64,000 nucleotides of DNA from an uncultured Nitrospiraceae bacterium. GTDB taxonomy: Bacteria > Nitrospirota > Thermodesulfovibrionia > Thermodesulfovibrionales > UBA6898. The notes under the pieces were generated by a model. That model searched no databases. It was given only the letters and a program-made list of their open reading frames with translations, and was not told the DNA's origin. A program made the translations under genes and the position numbers. Shown here one piece after another: positions 39,949 to 49,830 of the stretch (position 1 is its first letter; each line of letters begins with the position of its first letter). Where the stretch lies: positions 288,001 to 352,000 of the forward strand of contig CAWEQH010000004.1 in NCBI GenBank assembly GCA_963811165.1, written 5' to 3'.

Positions 39949-40435
39949 TTTTCCGTATCCTCACAGTCTGCGCTGTGTTGTCCGCATCCATACCGATGCC
40001 TTCAATGCTGAATTTCTTGGCTTCTATCTTCACCCCGCTGTCGGCTTTCAGCGTTCCGCTTGTGCTGTCGAATTTTGCGCCCTCCGAGGTGATCGCGTAG
40101 CCGTCGCCTTTGGCGACTACCTTGCCGTCTACGAAGAGGTTCCTGGCGTTCATGTCGTACAGCCCTTTATCTGCGCATACCGTAATACCTTTGTTCTCAA
40201 TTTTCATTTCTATTCCCGAAAGATACGCCTTATTTTCCTTGTCGGTAATGTCGGCCCTCCGGGCGGTCAATGTCCAGTCTATGTTGCCGTTTTGCCTGTG
40301 GACCAATTTCAGACCTTCGATATAAGACCCGCCTTTCAGAAGGGCACCTGTTTTGGTCCCTCTTTCGCTTTTGAACAGGAAAAACAGCAGGGAAAACAGC
40401 GCTAACGAAAGGACAACCAGCATGCTTTTCTTCAT
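39923..40435 (-). CDS. lptC: LPS export protein LptC
   Basis: Single N-terminal TM, W.L.A..A, beta-rich; synteny. Confidence 0.85.
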   Translation of the reverse strand: MKKSMLVVLSLALFSLLFFLFKSERGTKTGALLKGGSYIEGLKLVHRQNGNIDWTLTARRADITDKENKAYLSGIEMKIENKGITVCADKGLYDMNARNLFVDGKVVAKGDGYAITSEGAKFDSTSGTLKADSGVKIEAKKFSIEGIGMDADNTAQTVRIRKNVKAVFYN

Positions 40436-40472
40436 GAAATTAAGTCTATCATATGAGGTGCATTAAGTAAAG

Positions 40473-40488
40473 AGCAAATTGGATGCCA
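40473..40488 (-). promoter_or_regulatory. Sigma54 -24/-12 motif upstream of the lptC-lptA-lptB-rpoN operon
   Basis: TGGCATCCAATTTGCT, GG-N10-GC. Confidence 0.65.
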
Positions 40489-40554
40489 GTTTAAAGAATT
40501 TCAGGTTTTCCAGGGGCTTGCAGCCGAAAAAACCGACGCCGGAAAGATCGCCGG

Positions 40555-41379
40555 CTACCGCATGTCTTTGAGAAGGGCGTTTCTCATTATGTCCACCGGC
40601 GGAGAGACCGACGTCCATAGTTCGAAGGCGAGCACCCCCTGCCATAAAAGCATTCCGAGCCCGTCCATAGTGCGACAGCCTTTTTGTGCCGCAAGGTCAA
40701 GGAGCGGCGTCCTTTTGTATATGAGGTCGCAGACGGTCTGGGTGGGCAAGAGCGCTGCAAGATCGACCGGGTGAGGGTCGTTTTTCTTAAGGCCGAGGGG
40801 GGTTGCGTTGACGATGATATCGAACCCGGCCTGAGGATCTATTTGTGGAAGGGCCGAGACGTTCCCCCTTATCTGAGAGAGGTCCGATACCAGTTTATCG
40901 AGCTTCTTCGTATCTATGTCGTAAATATCGAGACTCCCGGCCTTTTCACTGAGATAATACCCTACGGCACGGGATGCGCCTCCGGCACCTACAATGAGGA
41001 CTTTCTTCCCGGCGACCGCGATCCCCTTTTCTTCGCATGCGCGCATGAAGCCGCGTCCGTCGGTGTTATACCCGGTCAGCGTTCCTTCCCGGCGCACGAT
41101 CGTATTGACGGCGCCGATAAAGGACGCCTCTTCATTGACCTCGTCGAGGAGACGTATCACCGCTTCCTTATGCGGTACGGTCACGTTGACGCCCGCAAGC
41201 GAAAGCGCCCTGATCGAATCAACGGCCTTGCCGAGTGAACCGGGATGCACGAGGAAGGGGACATAACAGTAATCCAACCCGAGGTGTTCGAAGGCCGCGT
41301 TATGCATTGCAGGGGAGAGCGTATGCTCAACAGGATATCCGAAGAGGCCGGTGATTTTTGTCTTTCCTGTAATGTTCAT
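40555..41379 (-). CDS. aroE: Shikimate dehydrogenase
   Basis: HTLSP.MHN, NVTVPHK, GAVNT, NTDG, GAGGA, GMLLWQG. Confidence 0.96.
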   Translation of the reverse strand: MNITGKTKITGLFGYPVEHTLSPAMHNAAFEHLGLDYCYVPFLVHPGSLGKAVDSIRALSLAGVNVTVPHKEAVIRLLDEVNEEASFIGAVNTIVRREGTLTGYNTDGRGFMRACEEKGIAVAGKKVLIVGAGGASRAVGYYLSEKAGSLDIYDIDTKKLDKLVSDLSQIRGNVSALPQIDPQAGFDIIVNATPLGLKKNDPHPVDLAALLPTQTVCDLIYKRTPLLDLAAQKGCRTMDGLGMLLWQGVLAFELWTSVSPPVDIMRNALLKDMR

Positions 41380-41657
41380 GTAATGCTCCGATCTCAGATT
41401 CTACTTGGGCACACAATATTGCGCCGGCTAAATAGTCCGGAACCAGTATTAGTGTACAAGAATCGGAAAAATTTTTGTGGAAGCAACCCACTCCCCGTGT
41501 TCTAGTCGGCATCCGGCCCTTGCATTTAAAAAAAACGAACTATCTTATAAAAAGAGCCATGGGTCAGCCGATAAAAAATGTCCTTAAACCAAAACGGGGA
41601 TGCACACGCATCAGGAGACTTCCGATACGGACCGGGGAATTGAAAAAGGCATGAGGT

Positions 41658-42974
41658 CTATCGCCGGGTTTCCGTCTTAAGGGGGCCATTGATCGTGTCG
41701 ATGAGTCCCTGGGGTGTTGCCTCTGTCCTGACGGCCCTAAGGCCGGTGGCCTCCTCGACGTCTTTCAGGGACACGTTATCGAGAAATATGTCCTCGTCTT
41801 CTTTAAGGACGGCGTCAGGGACTAAAAGCACCTTGTAGGAGTCGGTGTTGTCATGGAGGGTCTTGATGACATCCCTTCCGGTGAGGAGTCCCGCGACGGT
41901 CACGGTCGTGCCGAAAAAGTTGTTCGCCACCTCGACGACGTCGATTCGGAGGTTCTCTTTCTCCGAGAGCCGGTCGATAAATTTTTTCAGGTATGGATAA
42001 AAGGAAGTACCGGTGAAGGTAAGGAATTTCCCCTCCTGAGATATTGTCTTCGGGACCCGCACCTTTTTCGACTGACTGAGAAACAGCGGCACCATGCCCA
42101 CGCCGTTTTCAATCTGGGGCAGTGACCCGTAGTCCTTCAGGTGGGGGAACGGGACGTCGGCCTTTATATACATCTCGTCGGAGCAGAAGACGACAGGGTC
42201 GCCATGTTTTTTTTGAAACCTCTTCTGAAAGGCAGTTACGACTTCTATCGCCCGAAGGGCATCTTCTTTGGCCACCGGGTCCATCTGCTGTTTCCGGTGC
42301 ATCGTAAGTCCGACCGGAACGACTGCTACAGAGGAGACATAAGGATAGAATTTGTACAGGTCTTTGATCGTGTTTTGCAGTTCCGTGCCGTCGTTGAGGC
42401 CCGGACATAACACGATCTGCACGTGCATCCGTATTTTCTTGCCGGAAAAGAATTTCAGCTCTTTCATGATGTCCGAGGCCCTGGGGTTACCGAGCATTTT
42501 ATTCCGGAGAGACTTGTTTGTCGTATGGACGGAAATATAAAGGGGACTCAACCGCTGATCGACGATCCTTTTACGGTCGCATGAGTCGATATTGGAGAGG
42601 GTCATATAGTTGCCGTAGAGGAAGGAAAGCCGATAGTCCTCGTCCTTTACATAGAGGGGCTTCCTCAACCCCTTCGGGAGCTGCTTTACGAAACAAAATA
42701 CACAGTTGTTCCTGCATGTCTTTACCTTGAAAGGCTTGATCGTGATCCCCGGGTCGCTCCCGTCTTCGGTCTTTATCTGCACCCTGGTTTTTATCCCGCC
42801 GCGGCTGAATTCAACGAGGAGCCTTGCGGAGCTCCTGAAGAACATGAAGTCGATTGCGTCGCGAAGAGGATGGGAATTTACCGAAAGTAGGACGTCGCCG
42901 GGCTGCAATCCCGCCTTGTCCGCCGAACTCCCGGTGATGACGCTCTCTATTTCTATTCCGCTCCTAGGGCGCAT
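41658..42974 (-). CDS. PDZ plus radical-SAM-like Fe-S protein (DUF512 family)
   Basis: CRNNCVFC, KDEDYRLSFL.GN, VVPVGLT, QIENGVG. Confidence 0.9.
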   Translation of the reverse strand: MRPRSGIEIESVITGSSADKAGLQPGDVLLSVNSHPLRDAIDFMFFRSSARLLVEFSRGGIKTRVQIKTEDGSDPGITIKPFKVKTCRNNCVFCFVKQLPKGLRKPLYVKDEDYRLSFLYGNYMTLSNIDSCDRKRIVDQRLSPLYISVHTTNKSLRNKMLGNPRASDIMKELKFFSGKKIRMHVQIVLCPGLNDGTELQNTIKDLYKFYPYVSSVAVVPVGLTMHRKQQMDPVAKEDALRAIEVVTAFQKRFQKKHGDPVVFCSDEMYIKADVPFPHLKDYGSLPQIENGVGMVPLFLSQSKKVRVPKTISQEGKFLTFTGTSFYPYLKKFIDRLSEKENLRIDVVEVANNFFGTTVTVAGLLTGRDVIKTLHDNTDSYKVLLVPDAVLKEDEDIFLDNVSLKDVEEATGLRAVRTEATPQGLIDTINGPLKTETRR

Positions 42975-43503
42975 TCGTCAGCTTGAATCCTTTATAGATG
43001 TACTGGAGCCCGGACAGCGCAGTGACCGCCGCGGTCACGAGGAAGAACGGACCAGGAAGGGACGGCAGGGAGACCACGTTTATCCTTAAGAGGATGTAGG
43101 CCAGGGCGATGAGCTGCATCGCGATTGCAACCTTGCCCGTCAACACGGGCTCGATCCTGGAGTTGTGCGTTATCATATAGAGCAGAAACCAGCCGATGAC
43201 GACGATGACGTCCCGGCTTATCACCGTGATCGCAAGCCACTTGGGTATCCAGCCGTAGACGGCAAACAGGACAAACGACGAGACCAGAAGGAATTTGTCC
43301 GCCAGGGGGTCGAGGAAGGTGCCGAGTTCGGTCTTTTGGTTTGTGATACGCGCGGAGAGGCCGTCGAGCATGTCGGTCAACGCAGCGGCAACAAAGAGAT
43401 AGAGGGCGTATCCGTATTTTTGATACAGTATCGTCGCAATGAATACCGGGATGATGACTATCCTTGTTATCGTTAATGTGTTTGGTAAATTGAGTACGCG
43501 CAA
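42964..43503 (-). CDS. CDP-alcohol phosphatidyltransferase (PgsA-like)
   Basis: NLPNTLT, D.LDG..AR, G.FLDPLADK. Confidence 0.92.
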   Translation of the reverse strand: MRVLNLPNTLTITRIVIIPVFIATILYQKYGYALYLFVAAALTDMLDGLSARITNQKTELGTFLDPLADKFLLVSSFVLFAVYGWIPKWLAITVISRDVIVVIGWFLLYMITHNSRIEPVLTGKVAIAMQLIALAYILLRINVVSLPSLPGPFFLVTAAVTALSGLQYIYKGFKLTNAP

Positions 43504-43532
43504 TGATTCCCCCCCGGGACCTGTACTTTCCT

Positions 43533-44618
43533 CTACGGGATATTAAAGGGCGCCCGGTCAAATGCCAATTTCAGGCCGAGAGTATTATAGCATCCCGTTC
43601 TTATTTTTCCATCCAGATAAGACCGCAGCAATGCGGCGTGACACTGTTCGACCTTGAACCCGTAATCCGCAGCCTGTCTGACCGACTCGTCGATGTATCG
43701 TTCGGCCCTGACCTTCCTGCCTTCGAGCATCGCGACCTCTCCCATCCCGAGCATGCAATAGATGAGTCCCCTCGGGTCTTTCGTCTTCTTAAAAAGTCCC
43801 CGGGCGGTCTTGAAATAATATCTGGCCTTTTCATAGTCGCCAAGCATCTTGTGCGCGGTGCCCATGCTCCAGAGGGTATAGGAGTAGCTCACCCTGTCGC
43901 CGATTTTCGCGTAAAGCGCAGAGGCGCGGTCGAAGCTCGCCAGCGCCTTTTTGTATTCGCCGAGCATCCTGTATGCGTTCCCTGTCCCGCAATGCGAATA
44001 GGCGGTCCCGAATGTGTCCTTCAGTTCGGAAAACATCCTGTTGGCCTCGCGGTAGTATGAGAGGGACTCCAAAAAAAGGCCGGCGATACGATGCGTGCCC
44101 CCGAGACCGCAGAGGCAGTATCCCGTCGACGGTTTGAGCCTTAATTGTCTGAATATCCCGAGCGCTTCTTTATAGGTACGTATCGCCTCCGGGATATCTC
44201 CCTTTATGCGCAGGGTGCCCGCCATCGCCCATAAAGAGAAGGCAACCGCCTGCCTGTCATTTTTTTTCCTGTAAAAGGCCAGGGCCTTTTTTATCGCCGG
44301 AAACGCATTCTTCCAGTCTCCCTTTCCCCTAAGTGACAGACCTATGTTCATTCCCGCGTCCGCGACTGCTACCTTATCGCCGAGCTGTTTCCCGACAGAG
44401 ACCGCTTCGGCATAGGACTTTTCGGCGAGATCGTAGTTGCCGATCATCCTATGGACGTCGCCTATCGAAAGCCTGCAGTCAAGCACCCCCTGCAGGTCAC
44501 CCAATGATGTGTATCCCCGGAGGGCCTTTTTGAAAAAATCGAGAGACTCGGTGTAACGGCTCTTTTGTCTCAGCGACTCCGCCTTTTCAAAATGCCGTTT
44601 AATTTCCGAGCAGTCCAT
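43533..44618 (-). CDS. Tetratricopeptide repeat protein
   Basis: About 40-aa helical repeats G..H...G.Y..A...Y..A. Confidence 0.85.
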   Translation of the reverse strand: MDCSEIKRHFEKAESLRQKSRYTESLDFFKKALRGYTSLGDLQGVLDCRLSIGDVHRMIGNYDLAEKSYAEAVSVGKQLGDKVAVADAGMNIGLSLRGKGDWKNAFPAIKKALAFYRKKNDRQAVAFSLWAMAGTLRIKGDIPEAIRTYKEALGIFRQLRLKPSTGYCLCGLGGTHRIAGLFLESLSYYREANRMFSELKDTFGTAYSHCGTGNAYRMLGEYKKALASFDRASALYAKIGDRVSYSYTLWSMGTAHKMLGDYEKARYYFKTARGLFKKTKDPRGLIYCMLGMGEVAMLEGRKVRAERYIDESVRQAADYGFKVEQCHAALLRSYLDGKIRTGCYNTLGLKLAFDRAPFNIP

Positions 44619-45255
44619 TCATTTTCTCCATGAGTGAAGCGTAATCGCCCGATTTGAAAAAGGCAGACCCCATGACGAGTATGTCCGCACCGGCCGCAGC
44701 GATCTCCTTTGCGTTACCGGGCTTCACGCCGCCGTCTACTTCGATGAGCGGCGGCGATCCCGCGCCCGAGATCTTTTTCCTGAGGAGTCTGAGCTTCTCA
44801 AGTGTATGGGGAATGAATTCCTGCCCCCCGAACCCGGGGTTGACCGACATGACAAGAACGAGATCTGTGTCCCCGAGTATATCATCGAGGGTCCAGACGG
44901 GCGTGGCAGGATTTATCGAAACCCCTGCCTTTGCCCCGCCTTCCTTTATAGCCTGCACGGTCCTGTGAAGATGGACCGTCGCCTCGCAATGGACCGTCAG
45001 GAAGTCCGCCCCGGCCGAGATGAAATCTTTCAGATACCTGTCGGGGTCCTCTATCATCAGATGCACATCCAGGGGGAGCCGCGTGACCTTACGTATCGAT
45101 TCGACGACCGGAGGGCCGATGGTGATGTTCGGGACGAAATGACCGTCCATGACATCGATATGAAGGAGGTGGGCGCCGGCATCTTCCGCGGCCCGTATCT
45201 CTTCCCCCAGCCTCGCGAAGTCGGCAGAGAGTATGGATGGAGCTATCCTGATCAT
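44599..45255 (-). CDS. rpe: Ribulose-phosphate 3-epimerase
   Basis: APSILSADF, HIDVMDGHFVPN, MSVNPGFGGQ, VDGG. Confidence 0.98.
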   Translation of the reverse strand: MIRIAPSILSADFARLGEEIRAAEDAGAHLLHIDVMDGHFVPNITIGPPVVESIRKVTRLPLDVHLMIEDPDRYLKDFISAGADFLTVHCEATVHLHRTVQAIKEGGAKAGVSINPATPVWTLDDILGDTDLVLVMSVNPGFGGQEFIPHTLEKLRLLRKKISGAGSPPLIEVDGGVKPGNAKEIAAAGADILVMGSAFFKSGDYASLMEKMNGLLGN

Positions 45256-45959
45256 TGAGGATTCCCTTCTTTTATTTCGAGATAAACCCTGTCGCCGGCC
45301 TTGACGAGCGCTCCCGGCTTGGGCTTCTGAGCCCTCACAAAATCTCCCGTCCCCTTCGTCTCGATCAGAAGCCCGATCTTCTCGGCCGTTTCCTTAGCTT
45401 CTTCGAGGCTCTTGTTCTGGAAGTCCGGACAGTAATACGTTAACTCATGAGGGCCGAGGCTGACAAGCACGGTTATCGGGCCGTCCAGCCTCTCATCCGG
45501 CTCAGGGCTCTGGGCGACTATCCTGCCCTTCTCCATGGAGTCGGAGTGGACGTTTATGATCTTCCCTATCCTCAGCCCCTTCTCTGCGAGCACCCCTTCG
45601 GCGTCGCCGAGCGTCTCATTCACGAGAACCGGTATCGAGTATACCTTCGGCCCCTTGCTGATCACGACTTTGATCGCCCTTTTTTCTTTCACTTTATTGC
45701 CGGCGGGGACATCCTGCCTGAGAATCTTTCCGGTACCGACCGCCGGGTCGTAGTCCTCGCCTTCTATTTTAAGGTAAAGGCCCGCTTTACTGAGCGCCTC
45801 ATTTGCTTCAACGAGCGACATGTTCGCCAGCGAAGGGACCTCTACGGTCCTGCTGAAACTCAGTGCCTTGAACGTAATGTACCCGAAGGTCAGCCCCAGC
45901 AGCACGAAGACCGCAAAGAAAAGGGGGACCTTAATGAAGTTGTTTATTTTTTTCTGCAA
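45252..45959 (-). CDS. PASTA domain protein (3 repeats)
   Basis: TM followed by VP.L...A...L...GL repeats and Q.P..G. Confidence 0.88.
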   Translation of the reverse strand: MQKKINNFIKVPLFFAVFVLLGLTFGYITFKALSFSRTVEVPSLANMSLVEANEALSKAGLYLKIEGEDYDPAVGTGKILRQDVPAGNKVKEKRAIKVVISKGPKVYSIPVLVNETLGDAEGVLAEKGLRIGKIINVHSDSMEKGRIVAQSPEPDERLDGPITVLVSLGPHELTYYCPDFQNKSLEEAKETAEKIGLLIETKGTGDFVRAQKPKPGALVKAGDRVYLEIKEGNPQ

Positions 45960-47257
45960 AGCGCCACCCCGAAGAAACCGTCCATGTTGTGCAGGTGCGG
46001 ATACGTTTTTAAGAAACCTCCATGTAGAAAACTTTTCAAAAATAATGCCTCGGCATCTATAATACGGAATTCCCTCGAGGTCTTCAAGAATTCATTGACG
46101 ACCTGCTCCCCCTCCTCCGGTTCCATGGAGCATACCGAATAGACCAGTCTGCCCCCTTCTTTCAAAAGCTGTGACGCCGCATGAAGGAGGTGTATCTGTT
46201 TTGTCCTGTATTCGTCGAGGTCCTTTGCCTTGCGCCGGTATTTTATGTCCGGGTTCCTTCTTATGACCCCCGTGGCAGAGCAGGGCGCATCAAGGAGTAT
46301 CCTGTCGAAAGGTCCTGCCCCGCGGAGTTCGGCGGCGTCCTGATTTACTATTATTACCGACCGTATCCCAAGGGCACCGATATTGTCGCGGAGCAGGGGT
46401 ATCCTTTTGCCGTCCTTCTCAACCGCCGTGATTTCCCCGGAGTCCTGCATCAGCTGCGACAGGTGAGTGGTCTTGCCGCCCGGCGCGGCACAGGCGTCCA
46501 ATACCTTCTCGTTAGGCTTCGGGTCGAGCAGATGTGAAACCAGCTGCGACGCCTCGTCCTGGACAGCAAAGAGGCCGTGGGCAAAGGCCAGTTCTGTGTG
46601 GCTGCGGAGGCGCTTGAGGGTAATGCCCTCAGGAGAAAATTCGGTCGGCTCCGACTCGACCCCCCGTTCGGCAAGGAGGCCGAGGAGGTCCTGCCGTGTG
46701 GTCCTCAGGGTATTGACCCTTATCGTCATCGGAGGGACCCTGTTGTTGGCCTCGGCGAGCCCTAGCGCCCCGTCCGCCCCGAACCTCTGTATCCATCTTT
46801 TGACAAGCCATCGAGGGTGGGAAGTGTTTACCGCTATGTCCGATAGCGGGTCTCCAAGCGTCAGGGGCGGCGTGAAACGCTCTTTCTGTCTCAGTACGCT
46901 TCTTAACACCGCGTTTACCAAAGACGGTTTACCGTGCCCGGAAGCGGATTTTTCCATCTCGACCGATTCACTGACGACCGCCCAGTCCGGGACCCTCATG
47001 AAATATAACTGATAGAGTGACGCCCTGAGGTTGTTGAGCGTGAACTCTCCCGCCTTGGCCGGGTTTTTCAGAAAATGACCCAATATCCAGTCGAGGGTGT
47101 CCCTGTACCTGAGCACCCCGTAGACGATCTCCATCAAAAACGACCTGTCCCGTTTGTCGAGATGCTGAGAGAATGAGTCGACGGCATGTTTCGGTCTGGC
47201 GTCTCTTGAGAGAATTTCGATGAGGGCCCTCACGGCCGATGAGCGGGTATCTGACAC
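45944..47257 (-). CDS. rsmB: 16S rRNA m5C967 methyltransferase
   Basis: NusB-like N-terminus, VQDEAS, DACAAPGGK, DAPCS, YSVCS. Confidence 0.95.
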   Translation of the reverse strand: MSDTRSSAVRALIEILSRDARPKHAVDSFSQHLDKRDRSFLMEIVYGVLRYRDTLDWILGHFLKNPAKAGEFTLNNLRASLYQLYFMRVPDWAVVSESVEMEKSASGHGKPSLVNAVLRSVLRQKERFTPPLTLGDPLSDIAVNTSHPRWLVKRWIQRFGADGALGLAEANNRVPPMTIRVNTLRTTRQDLLGLLAERGVESEPTEFSPEGITLKRLRSHTELAFAHGLFAVQDEASQLVSHLLDPKPNEKVLDACAAPGGKTTHLSQLMQDSGEITAVEKDGKRIPLLRDNIGALGIRSVIIVNQDAAELRGAGPFDRILLDAPCSATGVIRRNPDIKYRRKAKDLDEYRTKQIHLLHAASQLLKEGGRLVYSVCSMEPEEGEQVVNEFLKTSREFRIIDAEALFLKSFLHGGFLKTYPHLHNMDGFFGVALCRKK

Positions 47258-47266
47258 GAAGGATTA

Positions 47267-48388
47267 CTAAGACTCCTCTTTGACGACGGAGGTTATCTTC
47301 AGCCTCCCGTCTTCTATGGCGAAATCGGCGCGGAGGCGTTGCGTAATTTTTTTGATCGAGGTGCTCTTCCTGGGGCTGAAGTCCACCTCCCATATGACGG
47401 TCGCGCTTGCATGGCCAGGGCCCGTCAGGAGATCTTCGACTCTGTAGGAGAGCGACTTATAATCGACCTTTTCCCATTGCTCGGCGATATTTTCCTTTTT
47501 TTCCTTTGATGCGAGATAGCCGCGTGAGTATCTCGATTTCCAGAGGGCAAGGTCTTTCTTGAGGTTTGCCGTCCTGATGTCCTCTAACAGGCTGTCGATG
47601 TCTCGTTCGCTGATTAGCGCAGGGCTGCCGTCCGGTGCCTTCGACCGGGAGCCCGCCCGCAGACCCGACGGCATGTCAGGCGCATAGGGGTAAATTAATA
47701 AAACAACGATAAGTACGGTAGCGGCAACCGCCGGTACGAGGAGGATCGGCCTCGGCACATCCAGCAGCCTGAGCGCGGACGGAGACTTCTTCCCGTCAAC
47801 CACGTCTAGAATCAGTTTTTTGGTCTTCAGTTCAGAGGAGAGCATCCTGAAATAGCGGCCTCTTTCATTCATGAGGCCCAAGAGGCCGGGCCTGTCGAGT
47901 TTCCTCAGTTCCGTGTCCAGAGCCGATATGTCGTCTGCTAAGGTACGGTGCAGGGTGTCGAGCGTTATCTCCAGCTTGATTATTTTCTTCATGAGTTCGT
48001 CAATCGCGGCTTCAGCCTCTCCGATGTCGGAGACCTGACCGGGATGTCCGGGGCCTTCTTTTTCCTGTATCCCGGCGAGATACTTCTCCTTATTTGCAAG
48101 TCTCCTTTTGAGCTGGCCTATTTCCAAGAGCAGGGTGTAGACGAATTTATTTTCGATCTCCGACCGCAGGCGATCTATTTTTATATCTTCGATCTTTTCG
48201 TCGGTCACGACCGGCTGTTCATCGGGGGTACTTTTCACGTTTTCCGCCGACGGGGCCGGTCCTTCCTGTTCGGTCTCGAAAGGTTCAAGCATGGCCGAGC
48301 ACGTCTCGCAGTAGGTCTGGTCGAGGGGAAAATGCTTGCCGCATTTCGGGCACCGCATAACGATGTTCGGGGTCTCTCTCATGATCAC
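47267..48388 (-). CDS. Hypothetical: zinc ribbon, coiled coil, TM, NTF2-like C-terminal domain
   Basis: CPKCG...CETC, heptad-rich middle, one TM; fold call is inference. Confidence 0.7.
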   Translation of the reverse strand: MIMRETPNIVMRCPKCGKHFPLDQTYCETCSAMLEPFETEQEGPAPSAENVKSTPDEQPVVTDEKIEDIKIDRLRSEIENKFVYTLLLEIGQLKRRLANKEKYLAGIQEKEGPGHPGQVSDIGEAEAAIDELMKKIIKLEITLDTLHRTLADDISALDTELRKLDRPGLLGLMNERGRYFRMLSSELKTKKLILDVVDGKKSPSALRLLDVPRPILLVPAVAATVLIVVLLIYPYAPDMPSGLRAGSRSKAPDGSPALISERDIDSLLEDIRTANLKKDLALWKSRYSRGYLASKEKKENIAEQWEKVDYKSLSYRVEDLLTGPGHASATVIWEVDFSPRKSTSIKKITQRLRADFAIEDGRLKITSVVKEES

Positions 48389-49107
48389 ATCGGGCTGATG
48401 TCTTCAGAGGCGGGAGAAGGCTTGCGGCCCTTGTCGTGCCTCCTGTCGCTCTTTGGTTTCTTCTCGGTCTTGGGCGGTGTCTCTATCTCAGGCTTCGTAT
48501 CCATCTTATCCATTTTGGGCGGCGTCTCAGCCGCCGGCTGCAGTGAAGGCTTGGGTGCAGGGGGCCTTTCCCGGTTAGCGATATTGGCGAGCAAGGGCGC
48601 AAACATTTTAGAGAGAAGTTCCCTTTGAGCGTTGGGATCTATCCGGTCTCCCTTATTGACAAAGTCCGCGGCCTGCCAGAAAAGCAGACGGGAATCTTTC
48701 GTAGAGATAAGCTGTACCACGATTTCGCCGCGGCCTTCCCCGGGAATGAGGACCCCGTTTAGGACCGCGTCCGTGCCCAGGGACCTTGCGAGCTCCACGA
48801 GGACGTCACGTCTGTCGTCCGGTCCCAAAGCGGAGAGGCCAGCCCTGTCGGCGGTAACCACGGAGAGCCGGGGGATTGCGAGCGTCTCCTCGGCCGACCC
48901 TCTCCAGTTGTTCCTGTCATTAAAAAAAGGCGCTACTGCCACCGAATGGACTTCTTCGATAAGACCTTTTTCCACGAGAGGCAGACTGTTTTTTTGTTCT
49001 TCGGGGGTGAATTGCGTCGATGCGCATGCATGTAACAGAAGCAGGGGCAGGACGGCGATCACCAATAAGAGTTTTCCTGGGAGGGGTAACCGTGTCATGT
49101 CAGTCAT
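48385..49107 (-). CDS. Hypothetical lipoprotein with Pro/Lys-rich tail
   Basis: Lipobox LLHAC; VAVAPF...DAVL.G alpha/beta core. Confidence 0.75.
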   Translation of the reverse strand: MTDMTRLPLPGKLLLVIAVLPLLLLHACASTQFTPEEQKNSLPLVEKGLIEEVHSVAVAPFFNDRNNWRGSAEETLAIPRLSVVTADRAGLSALGPDDRRDVLVELARSLGTDAVLNGVLIPGEGRGEIVVQLISTKDSRLLFWQAADFVNKGDRIDPNAQRELLSKMFAPLLANIANRERPPAPKPSLQPAAETPPKMDKMDTKPEIETPPKTEKKPKSDRRHDKGRKPSPASEDISPM

Positions 49108-49218
49108 TGAAATAAAATATCATATAAAATAATGCCACTCTTTCCAAAGAAATTGCAATGCAGGCCCCGGGATCCGGCTTTGTCGACCGGGGCGCCGGAA
49201 ATGGTTTATAATAAAGAC

Positions 49219-49728
49219 ATGGCAGTACTGGAGATCAGGAAATACCCCGACAGGGTCTTGAAGCAGAAGGCGTCGCCCGTGACAACGTTCGACGGGGACC
49301 TGCAGGGACTCATAGACAACATGATCGAGACGATGTATGCCGCCCCCGGTGTCGGGCTTGCCGCCCCCCAGGTAGGGGTCTCAAAGCGGCTGGCGGTCAT
49401 CGATATAAGCACCAAGGGGACTGAAATGCCCCTGCTGGTCCTTATAAACCCTGTTTTCCTCGTGAAAGAAGGTTCCATAGAATTCGAGGAAGGATGCCTC
49501 AGTCTTCCCGACTACACCGCGAAAATTGAAAGGGCCGAAAGGGTCGTGGTCCGCACGATGGACAGAAAAGGCAAGGAGATCGAGATAGAGGCCGAGGGGC
49601 TGCTTGCGATTGCGCTTCAGCATGAGATAGACCATCTCGACGGATACCTGCTGATAGACAGGGTAAGCCCGATAAAAAGAGAATTCTTCAAGAAACGCTA
49701 CCAAAAGAAAATAAAGTCGGGGAAATAA
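49219..49728 (+). CDS. def: Peptide deformylase
   Basis: GVGLAAPQ, EGCLS, QHEIDHLDG; start taken at MAVLEI. Confidence 0.97.
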   Translation: MAVLEIRKYPDRVLKQKASPVTTFDGDLQGLIDNMIETMYAAPGVGLAAPQVGVSKRLAVIDISTKGTEMPLLVLINPVFLVKEGSIEFEEGCLSLPDYTAKIERAERVVVRTMDRKGKEIEIEAEGLLAIALQHEIDHLDGYLLIDRVSPIKREFFKKRYQKKIKSGK

Positions 49729-49830
49729 CCAAGATCTATTATCAAAAATTCATTTATGCGTCATACGCAAAGCCGATACCCGCCAGATGCCGTCCTCATC
49801 CGAAGGTGACGGCGGATCGGAGGTAAGGCC

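Noticed and set aside
41559..41654. 31-aa plus-strand ORF between aroE and the DUF512 gene
   Set aside because: No RBS, weak promoter match, no motif
49766..49825. Riboswitch upstream of fmt (ACGCAAAGCC plus hairpin near the RBS)
   Set aside because: No match to GEMM, THF or ZTP consensus beyond a short word; the hairpin alone is insufficient
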